Origin: Firmicutes bacterium UBA5389
Lineage (GTDB): Bacteria; Bacillota; DTU025
Length of the DNA stretch: 54,766 bases
Assembly (NCBI GenBank): GCA_002409965.1
Contig: DHON01000065.1
Location: forward strand, 12,319-67,084
Direction: 5' to 3'
The notes under the pieces: model-generated
The model's input: only the letters and a program-made list of their open reading frames with translations
What the model was told of the DNA's origin: nothing
Database searches by the model: none
Shown: positions 47,451 through 54,766 of the stretch, in pieces
Numbering within the stretch: position 1 is the stretch's first letter
Layout of the letters: each line of letters starts with the position of its first letter
Translations under genes and position numbers: made by a program

Positions 47451-49319
47451 ATGCTTGGTGGATACATGGGCAGGATACTATGGGTAGATCTTTCTGAAAG
47501 AAAGCTGACAGACCAGTGCCTGGATGAGAAGATGTGCCGAGATTACCTCGGCGGCTATGGCATCGGGATGCGGATGACATACGACAATCAGAAGGCCAGC
47601 CTGGACCCGCTGGATCCGGGCAGCATTGTAGCGTTCGGGACTGGACCGCTTACCGGAAGTCCGGCCGTGATCGGCTCCAGATTCACCGTAATGGGCAAAT
47701 CGCCGATCTCGCAGACTTGGGGAGACGCAAACTCCGGAGGATACTTTGGCCCCGCGCTGAAGCGCGCGGGCTACGACATGGTGTTCTTGACTGGCGCGTC
47801 CGACACTCCCGTCTATCTCTCCATCGACAACGGCCGCGCTGAGCTCAAGGATGCGCTAGAGCTCTGGGGGATGACCACGTACGAAGTGGATAGCACCCTG
47901 AAAGGGCTGTATGGCCGTGACTCCCAAGTGGCGTGCATTGGCCCTGCAGGAGAGCGGGGAAGTCTGCTTTCCTGCATCATTCACGACAGAGGCCGGGCCG
48001 CTGCACGGTCCGGTTTCGGGGCAGTACTCGGCTCGAAGAAGGTCAAGGCCATCGTGGTTCGCGGCGACGAAGCCGTTCCGGTTGCGGATGCCGAGAAGGC
48101 CAAGGCGCTGAGGAGCAAGTACGTGCGGCAGATCAGGGTGGAGCATGTGGGATCATCGCAGCTCTACATGATTGGAACTCCCGCTCTGTTCGGCCTGTGC
48201 GCGCTTGGCGGCGATGCCCCCGTGAAGAACTGGTCTGGCGCATGTCTAGGCGATTTTGACCAGTCTCAGATCGAGTCGCTGCATCACGACAACTTCTACA
48301 AGTTCAAGACGAAGAAATACGGCTGCTTCGGATGCCCGATTGCGTGTAGCGGAACATTCGATATCGCTGAGGGGCCATATGCCGTAAGCCACAGTCATCA
48401 GCCTGAATACGAGACGATATCCGCTTTCGGATCCAACTGCATGAACAGCAACCCCGAGTCCATCATCAAGGCCAACGACATCTGCAACAGCTACGGGCTG
48501 GACACTATCGGGACGGGATCGATGATAGCATTCGCCATGGAGGCCTACGAAAAAGGCCTTATCAGCGCGGAGGACGCCGGCGGCCTCGATCTGTCGTGGG
48601 GGAATCCCGATGCCGTTGTGAAGCTGGCAGAGGACATAGCGCTCGGCCGCGGGCTGGGCGAAGTCCTGTCCATGGGGCTTGAAAGGGCAGCCGAGGCCAT
48701 AGGAGGGGGCGCCGAGTCCTTTGCCGTCCACGTGCAGGGCGAAGCAATAGCCATGCATGACCCGAGATTCGAGCCCGCCATGAGTGTCATATATCGGATG
48801 TTTCCCGGAAAACACATACAGGCATCGCAGTTCTGCAAACCGCCCGCCTTCGATGATGAGATCCCCGGCTACGGTGCCGACCGGGAGCGGCAGGCGGGGC
48901 GAGGCACGCAGCTTAAGTCGCTTGAGTGCCTGTGCAACGTGGTCAACTGCGCGGGGGTATGCGTGTTCGGATACCTTTCCACCCATGTGGATTGCGTGCC
49001 CGAGTTCCTATCTGCCGTCACAGGGGTTGATATGGGAGTGCCGGAGGCCATTGAAGTGGGCGAGCGCATCTCCAACATGAGGCAGGCCTTCAACATTCGT
49101 GAAGGAGTCAACTTGGTGAAGACCAAAGTCCCGGCCCGAGTGCTTGGAGCCCCGCCGCTTGGGGCAGGTCCTACCGCCGGATTCTCGGTCGATTCGGACT
49201 TGATCCTGTCCGAGTATCTTGATGCCATGCGCTGGTCGCACGAAGACGGCCGCCCGTCGAAGGAAAGGCTCTTGGAGCTGGGCATGGAAGACGTGGCTCG
49301 GGATTTGTATGCAAGTTGA
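47451..49319 (+). CDS. aor: Tungsten-dependent aldehyde:ferredoxin oxidoreductase family protein
   Basis: GYMGRILWVDLS, GPLTG, KSP, CIGPAGE, RAAARSGFGAVLGSKKVKAI, CFGCPIAC, PEYET, GLDTI. Confidence 0.93.
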   Translation: MLGGYMGRILWVDLSERKLTDQCLDEKMCRDYLGGYGIGMRMTYDNQKASLDPLDPGSIVAFGTGPLTGSPAVIGSRFTVMGKSPISQTWGDANSGGYFGPALKRAGYDMVFLTGASDTPVYLSIDNGRAELKDALELWGMTTYEVDSTLKGLYGRDSQVACIGPAGERGSLLSCIIHDRGRAAARSGFGAVLGSKKVKAIVVRGDEAVPVADAEKAKALRSKYVRQIRVEHVGSSQLYMIGTPALFGLCALGGDAPVKNWSGACLGDFDQSQIESLHHDNFYKFKTKKYGCFGCPIACSGTFDIAEGPYAVSHSHQPEYETISAFGSNCMNSNPESIIKANDICNSYGLDTIGTGSMIAFAMEAYEKGLISAEDAGGLDLSWGNPDAVVKLAEDIALGRGLGEVLSMGLERAAEAIGGGAESFAVHVQGEAIAMHDPRFEPAMSVIYRMFPGKHIQASQFCKPPAFDDEIPGYGADRERQAGRGTQLKSLECLCNVVNCAGVCVFGYLSTHVDCVPEFLSAVTGVDMGVPEAIEVGERISNMRQAFNIREGVNLVKTKVPARVLGAPPLGAGPTAGFSVDSDLILSEYLDAMRWSHEDGRPSKERLLELGMEDVARDLYAS

Positions 49320-49322
49320 CGC

Positions 49323-51104
49323 CTAAGCTAGATCGTACTTGGCGAGTTTCCTGTACAGTGTAGTTACGTGTATTCCGAGCTCCCGGGCAGCCTTTTCCTT
49401 TGCGCGAGGCTCGCCCTGAAAGCGCTGGAGCGCCTCCACTATCGCCGTGCGTTCCAGCGCTTCGAGGCCCTGGGGGCCGCCTGCCTCGTTGGGCCCATCT
49501 GAGCGTTTGGCGACCCGCACTCTCTGCGGGAGACTGGTCGCTCGCACTGTCGATTCAGACTCGATGTTCACGGCGTACTCCACGCTGTTGGAAAGCTCAC
49601 GTACGTTGCCGGGCCATTCGTACGCCAGCATGCATCGAAGGGCTGCATCGCTCAATGCGGCCATGCGCCTACCGGCTGTACGGCAGTGCTTGTCCAAGAA
49701 GAACCGTGCCAACATCGGGATGTCCTCCTTTCGTTCTCTGAGAGGAGGCATCCAGATCGGAACAACGTTGAGCCTGTAGAACAGGTCTTTGCGGAACTCG
49801 CGGCTTTCTACCATTGCGTCTAGGTCCCGATTGGTCGCGCCGATTATGCGGACATCGATGGGCCTGGACTCCACACTTCCCACCGGCTCTATCATCCTGT
49901 CTTCAAGCGCGCGCAACAGTTTCCCCTGCAGGTGGAGGGGCATGTCGCCGATTTCGTCCAGAAACAGCGTACCCCGGTTGGCAAGTTCAAACCGGCCCAG
50001 TTTGCCCTTCTTGCGCGCACCTGTGAATGCGCCCTCCTCGTAGCCGAACAGCTCGCTTTCGAGCAGCGTGTCGGGGATGGCGCTGCAGTTGACTACGACG
50101 AACGGCCCGTCCCTTCGCTTGCTTTCTCTGTGGATGGCCCGGGCCATGAGGCCCTTGCCGGTGCCGCTCTCTCCTCTGAGAAGCACTGTGGAATTGCCGG
50201 ACGCAATCTTCGCGGCGAACTCCTTCACCGACAGCATAGGCTGCGAGTCGCCAATGATGTCGTCAAAGGAGGTGGCTCGGTTCTCGTGCTCCCAGATTTC
50301 GTATGTGAGCTTGGACACATCGTCCAGGTGCTGAAAGGTCAACACTGCTCCCAAGGTCTTGCCGTCGATTGCCACTGGATATGCATTGCATATCGCGTCG
50401 ACCGTCTCTCCGGAATGCTGTTTTAGGCGAGTCCTGTGATGCTTGATCTCGGTTCCGCTTCCCAGCGCATCGTATAGCCCTGTCCCGGTCAGCACGTCCT
50501 GCAGAGGTCTGCCGACAACGGCCTCGGCAGATAGGTGAAGCGCGTCGAGGGCATATCGATTGGCCTGAGTCATGATCCCGTATTCGTCTACGACCAGCAC
50601 ACCCTGGTCGAACGCGCCTATGACCGCCTCGAGCTGACGGCGGCGGAGTCTGTCGCGCGCCATCGCCTCTTCGCTGGCTATCTTGGCGCTGAGCAGGTCG
50701 GCCATGCGTTCCAGAAATGCTACGTTGGCGCGCGCGTTGTCGAGCAGCCTTCCGCGTTGCGCCTGTGTGCGGCTGACCAAGCCCATCACTCCGACGATGG
50801 TGTTTCCGTGGCTGATGGGGCAGCACAGCTCGGCCGTGGCATAGCAGCGCTTGGCCATCACGCATGTGTAGCACAGCTCGTGGTGGCCTGGATCCTCGAT
50901 TATTATGGTTGCGCCGATCTGCAGCACATGGGCGTGTACGCGCCCCTGCCCCGCGAGGCTGTTGCCCAGCTGCCTGCTGAACTCGCCGGTGCCCGCCACC
51001 CGGAGTAGATCGCGGTCGGTGATTTCCACATCAACGCCGAGAGCCACTGCAATGGCTTCGGCCACTCTCTGCACATCATTCTGCACTGATCTCAGGCTTA
51101 ACAG
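49323..51104 (-). CDS. Sigma54-dependent enhancer-binding protein (GAF-like/PAS-AAA+-Fis HTH)
   Basis: [53 protein letters not shown]; RBS points to CTG 51104 (alternative GTG 51086). Confidence 0.95.
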   Translation of the reverse strand: MLSLRSVQNDVQRVAEAIAVALGVDVEITDRDLLRVAGTGEFSRQLGNSLAGQGRVHAHVLQIGATIIIEDPGHHELCYTCVMAKRCYATAELCCPISHGNTIVGVMGLVSRTQAQRGRLLDNARANVAFLERMADLLSAKIASEEAMARDRLRRRQLEAVIGAFDQGVLVVDEYGIMTQANRYALDALHLSAEAVVGRPLQDVLTGTGLYDALGSGTEIKHHRTRLKQHSGETVDAICNAYPVAIDGKTLGAVLTFQHLDDVSKLTYEIWEHENRATSFDDIIGDSQPMLSVKEFAAKIASGNSTVLLRGESGTGKGLMARAIHRESKRRDGPFVVVNCSAIPDTLLESELFGYEEGAFTGARKKGKLGRFELANRGTLFLDEIGDMPLHLQGKLLRALEDRMIEPVGSVESRPIDVRIIGATNRDLDAMVESREFRKDLFYRLNVVPIWMPPLRERKEDIPMLARFFLDKHCRTAGRRMAALSDAALRCMLAYEWPGNVRELSNSVEYAVNIESESTVRATSLPQRVRVAKRSDGPNEAGGPQGLEALERTAIVEALQRFQGEPRAKEKAARELGIHVTTLYRKLAKYDLA

Positions 51105-51196
51105 GTGTGTTCCCTCCTGTCGGTCATAGGGTCAGGGTCTAGGCGGGGTTGGAAGTCGGCCCTTCTATCCGAGCATAGCACAGAAGCCTCGACAAT

Positions 51197-51242
51197 AGCA
51201 AATTGCAACTCGGTACTGCAAAACGCTACTGCAACTCGCTAC
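51197..51242. promoter_or_regulatory. Probable upstream activator sequences (13-bp tandem repeat x3)
   Basis: TGCAACTCGGTAC, TGCAAAACGCTAC, TGCAACTCGCTAC (51204-51242) plus AGCAAATTGCA. Confidence 0.65.
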
Positions 51243-51371
51243 TATCCGATGTGGAAGCTGCCGCATCGTGCCGATCGCGCAACGTGCAGAGGGTGCGATG
51301 TTTGAGAAGTGTCCAGGTAACGGCCTGATTGGGGATTCGGATTGCCGCATCGTCACGTCTGCTGACAGCTA

Positions 51372-51387
51372 TGGCACGCATGTTGCA
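51372..51387 (+). promoter_or_regulatory. Sigma54 -24/-12 promoter
   Basis: TGGCAC-GCATG-TTGCA, consensus match, next to the divergent activator gene. Confidence 0.92.
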
Positions 51388-51485
51388 TTCATACGTATAC
51401 CAGGCGGGTTGGCCAGAACCTCAGACTGCGATAGAGAGTCAGGCCACCGAGAACACACACCGCGAGGAAGGACTGGTAGATAGGG

Positions 51486-52646
51486 ATGAGAGGTCAGTAT
51501 TCCATATTCCCCAAAGTGGAGTACGAGGCAAGGCTGGAGCGCGCCCAGACGCTCATGAAGGAGCAGAACATCGATGCCCTGTTGATCACGGCTGAAGCGA
51601 ACTACTTCTACTTCACGGGTCACAGGACTCACTCGCCGTGGTCGACTTTCACCCGTCCACATGTGTTCGTAGTTACGCGCGATGGCGGGATGGCCATGAT
51701 CGTGCACTGCTTTACCAGGCCGGAAGCCCAGTCGCGGTCGCATGTGGCCGATGTGCGCGAATACGGCAGCCTGATGCAGGATGCGGTGCCCCAGATCAAA
51801 CAGGCGCTGTCCGACATGGGCCTGGCTTCAGCCGTCATCGGATGCGAACTCGGATACGAGCAGAGGCTTGGGCTGCCCCTGCGAGCGTGGGAGGAGATCG
51901 TGTCCGCTTTTCCCAGCGCGAGGTTCGTGGATGCGTCTGAACTGCTCTGGAGGCTCCGCGTTGTGAAGTCGCCGGCAGAAGTGGACTGCTTGCGAAAGGC
52001 CTGTCAGGCGACGAGCAAGGCGTTTGAAGTCTGCTATTCGCAGGCGGGCGAGGGCTGGACAGAGGAACAAGTCGCCACCGTCATGAGCAAGGCGATGCTG
52101 GACGCGGGCGCGGAGTCTCCCGGGTTCAACATCATCTGTTCAGGCAAGGACGACTACGAGAGGATCAGCGCTCGTCCCACAGGGCGCGTGTTGCGAAGGG
52201 GAGACATGCTCTGGGTGGACGCCAGCGCGGTGTTCGACGGCTACTGGAGCGATTTCTGCCGGGCGGCGGTTCCCGGAGGACCCAGCCCCGAACAGATTCG
52301 GCTCCAGAGGATAGCGCACGAAGCCACAATGGCCGCCATAGAGGCGATCAAGCCCGGAGTGCCTGTTAGCGTCATCGCCGAAACGTGCGCCCGGGAACTG
52401 GGCAAGCATGGTTTCAACCTAACGTTCGATGCCGGGCGGTGCGGTCACGGGCTGGGACTGATGAGCACCGAACCTCCCCATGTGGCTACGTATGATCCGA
52501 CAATCCTGGAGGAAGGCATGGTCATCACCGTGGAGCCTGGGATTGTGAATGAGGAAGGGGTGTTCTGTATAGAAGAAAACGTGGCAGTGACGAAGGACGG
52601 GTTTGAGATTCTCTCAGGAGCATCGCGGGAAATCTACGCTATTTAG
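51486..52646 (+). CDS. M24 family (Xaa-Pro peptidase-like) metallohydrolase
   Basis: Creatinase-like N domain; VKSPAEV, DASAVFDGYWSDFCR, GHGLG, TVEPG, IEENV. Confidence 0.9.
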   Translation: MRGQYSIFPKVEYEARLERAQTLMKEQNIDALLITAEANYFYFTGHRTHSPWSTFTRPHVFVVTRDGGMAMIVHCFTRPEAQSRSHVADVREYGSLMQDAVPQIKQALSDMGLASAVIGCELGYEQRLGLPLRAWEEIVSAFPSARFVDASELLWRLRVVKSPAEVDCLRKACQATSKAFEVCYSQAGEGWTEEQVATVMSKAMLDAGAESPGFNIICSGKDDYERISARPTGRVLRRGDMLWVDASAVFDGYWSDFCRAAVPGGPSPEQIRLQRIAHEATMAAIEAIKPGVPVSVIAETCARELGKHGFNLTFDAGRCGHGLGLMSTEPPHVATYDPTILEEGMVITVEPGIVNEEGVFCIEENVAVTKDGFEILSGASREIYAI

Positions 52647-52669
52647 CTTTTTGGATGGAGAGGTGGAGA

Positions 52670-54439
52670 ATGAGTACACTGGAAAAGACGGCCGATGAGA
52701 TCGTAATAACTGATGTACTGATAGTCGGCAGCGAAGGCGCCGGAGCCAGGGCAGCGCTGGAGGCGAGCAAGCGGTGCAAGTCGGTGGTAGTCGCCACCAA
52801 GGGAGTAGTGGGCAAGAGCGGTGCCACACTGACTGCGGACGCAGACATCGACATCGACAGCCGCAGCGCTGCAGAGCTGTTCGGGCTGCCAGGTGACATG
52901 AACGACAGCCCCGAGAAATTCGCGGACGACATGTGCAAAGAGGGAGAATACCTCAATAACCAGCGTTTGGTCACGATTCACTGCGATGAGGCACCCATGA
53001 GGCTGAAGGAGCTAGTAGATTGGGGCGCGCGCATAGATAAACTGACGCATGCTCCTGGTCACACATACCCTAGGGGTGTATGGGTGCCCGGCACTGAGTT
53101 CGCTCGCGTGCTCACGAAAGAGCTGAAGAAGAGAGACAACATCAAGCTCTTCGAGCACATGATGATTACTGACCTGCTTACTGCCAACGGATGTGTGGTC
53201 GGCGCGGCAGGAATCGAGATAACCACGGGCAAGTTCTTCGTGATCAAGGCGAAGGCAGTCATATTCTGCACCGGAGGCGCGATGCGCATCTATCCGCATA
53301 CGACCGCTCCCGACGAACTGAGCGGCGACGGATTGGCCATGGCTTACCGGGTCGGCGCCAAACTCATAGACATGGAGTTCCCAATGTTCCTGCCATACAC
53401 CCTGATAAAGCCGGATTCGCTCAACGGCGTCGACTTCTCCTATCTACTGAGCGCGTATGTCCAGGCACAGGCCCTGAACCGCCACGGAGAGCGATACATG
53501 GCCAAGTACGACCCTGAAAGGCTTGAGCACAGCACCAGGGATGTCAACTCCATCGCCGCGATGGTGGAAGTGCTCGATGGGAAGGGCTCTCCCGCGGGCG
53601 GCACGTACCTGTCTCTCAAGCATCTGCCGGATAACTTGATCGACTTCAGCGCTGAATGGTTCCCGTCGAACATCTCGCACTGGCGCTACGGCGGGTTCAA
53701 CATGCAGGACTACCTGCCCGATTTGCATACTCAGGCCATGGAGACTTCGCCTGCGAGCCACTTCTGGAACGGCGGGGTCCAGATCGATGAGTTCTGCCAG
53801 ACCGGCATCGACGGATTCTATGCCTGCGGCGAGGGCACCGGCAGCATCCACGGTGCCAACAGGGTGTCTGGAAACGCCCTCACGATGACGCAGGTATGGG
53901 GACCGCGCGCCGGGATCTACGCTAGCGAGTACGCCAACGGGGCCGACAGCGGCAACATCGATCTTGACCAAGTTGCGGCCATCAAGGAAAGGCTGCACGC
54001 GCCCTTGCAGCGCGATGCTGGAGTTGACCCGATCGCTCTGCGCAAGCGGATTCAGGATGTCGCATGGAATTACGTTGGCGTGGTCCGTGAGGAGAAGGGA
54101 CTGCTGAAGGGCCTTGAGGAGATCAAGGCGATCCGCAGCCAACTTGACCAGGTCTACGTGAGCAACAAGGCTAAGCGCTTCAACCACGAATGGGTGGAGG
54201 CGCTGCAGCTTGAGAACATGCTCGATGTCATGGAGATGGTTGCCGAGGCGAGCCTCGTGAGGAAGGAAAGCCGGGGTGCTCTGTACCGCAGAGACTTCCC
54301 CAAGACCGATAACATCAACTGGGTCAAGAACGTCGTGGTGCAGCAGGATGAAGGCAAGATCGCTACATCAGTGCATGACGTCGAACTCGACAAGTATCAG
54401 CCGACCAGGGAAATCCGGGAATACGGGAGCAAGGAGTGA
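52670..54439 (+). CDS. SdhA/FrdA-family flavoprotein, divergent
   Basis: DVLIVGSEGAG, CTGG, GDGLAMAYRVGA, STRD, HFWNGG, IHGANRVSGNAL, RKESRG. Confidence 0.88.
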   Translation: MSTLEKTADEIVITDVLIVGSEGAGARAALEASKRCKSVVVATKGVVGKSGATLTADADIDIDSRSAAELFGLPGDMNDSPEKFADDMCKEGEYLNNQRLVTIHCDEAPMRLKELVDWGARIDKLTHAPGHTYPRGVWVPGTEFARVLTKELKKRDNIKLFEHMMITDLLTANGCVVGAAGIEITTGKFFVIKAKAVIFCTGGAMRIYPHTTAPDELSGDGLAMAYRVGAKLIDMEFPMFLPYTLIKPDSLNGVDFSYLLSAYVQAQALNRHGERYMAKYDPERLEHSTRDVNSIAAMVEVLDGKGSPAGGTYLSLKHLPDNLIDFSAEWFPSNISHWRYGGFNMQDYLPDLHTQAMETSPASHFWNGGVQIDEFCQTGIDGFYACGEGTGSIHGANRVSGNALTMTQVWGPRAGIYASEYANGADSGNIDLDQVAAIKERLHAPLQRDAGVDPIALRKRIQDVAWNYVGVVREEKGLLKGLEEIKAIRSQLDQVYVSNKAKRFNHEWVEALQLENMLDVMEMVAEASLVRKESRGALYRRDFPKTDNINWVKNVVVQQDEGKIATSVHDVELDKYQPTREIREYGSKE

Positions 54440-54445
54440 CAACGG

Positions 54446-54766
54446 ATGGCGAACGAAGTGCAGACAATCACTGTCAAGGTGCGTAGGGCCGATCCCGACG
54501 TCAATGGCGGCGAGGCCACTTACCAGTCATACTCTGTGCCGCTCGAGCCGGGCTCGACCGTGCTCAGCGTACTGAGACACATAACTGAGAATATCGACAG
54601 GACACTGTCCTACTACCGATCGTGCCGGATAGGCAAGTGCGCCGGATGCAGAATGGTCATCAACGGCAAGACCAGACTCGCGTGCACAACTGCGGTCACC
54701 GGCGACATCACGCTCGAGCCGTTGCCGGGGTATCCGCTCATTAAGGACCTGGTTGTGGACCTCAGC
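54446..54766 (+). CDS. SdhB/FrdB-like 2Fe-2S protein (runs to window edge; not in ORF track)
   Basis: AAGGAG RBS, ATG 54446: MANEVQTITVKV...SCRIGKCAGC...INGKTRLAC...LEPLPGYPLIKDLVVD. Confidence 0.9.
   Translation, partial: MANEVQTITVKVRRADPDVNGGEATYQSYSVPLEPGSTVLSVLRHITENIDRTLSYYRSCRIGKCAGCRMVINGKTRLACTTAVTGDITLEPLPGYPLIKDLVVDLS

Noticed and set aside
52670-54439. Naming the gene sdhA, frdA or nadB
   Set aside because: Key FAD-attachment and substrate residues differ, so only the family is supported.

Overview
GC-rich bacterial chromosome segment, probably from an anaerobic Bacillota member (inferred from Etf/GlcD, a tungsten AOR, strong GGAGG Shine-Dalgarno sites and recurrent SigH-like promoters). 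It is dominated by nutrient-scavenging clusters. From left to right: (1) the end of a branched-chain amino-acid ABC operon; (2) a phage/ICE-like genetic switch (divergent Cro-like and CI/ImmR-like XRE genes, three 19-bp operators, a near-consensus sigma70 promoter, a frameshifted ImmA/IrrE peptidase) whose only visible output is a PAS-HD-GYP phosphodiesterase; (3) a deletion-fused LacI/GH1 remnant; (4) tandem alpha/beta hydrolases; (5) a ROK-GH15-ABC-GH31 cluster matching cycloalternan utilisation; (6) a second shredded LacI/GH35 cluster; (7) two convergent operons for amino-sugar/muropeptide use (Opp ABC, serine hydrolase, MurQ, kinase-NanE fusion, two Gfo/Idh/MocA enzymes, RpiR); (8) a 16-kb catabolic cluster (GntR, GHL10, FGGY kinase, MDR dehydrogenase, class I aldolase, EtfBA, GlcD/LctD, M20, FadR, sugar ABC, AOR); (9) a sigma54 activator driving an M24 peptidase and a divergent SdhA/FrdA-like flavoprotein with its Fe-S subunit. 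I saw no rRNA, tRNA, CRISPR array, integrase or transposase. All calls come from reading motifs by eye; no database searches were run.
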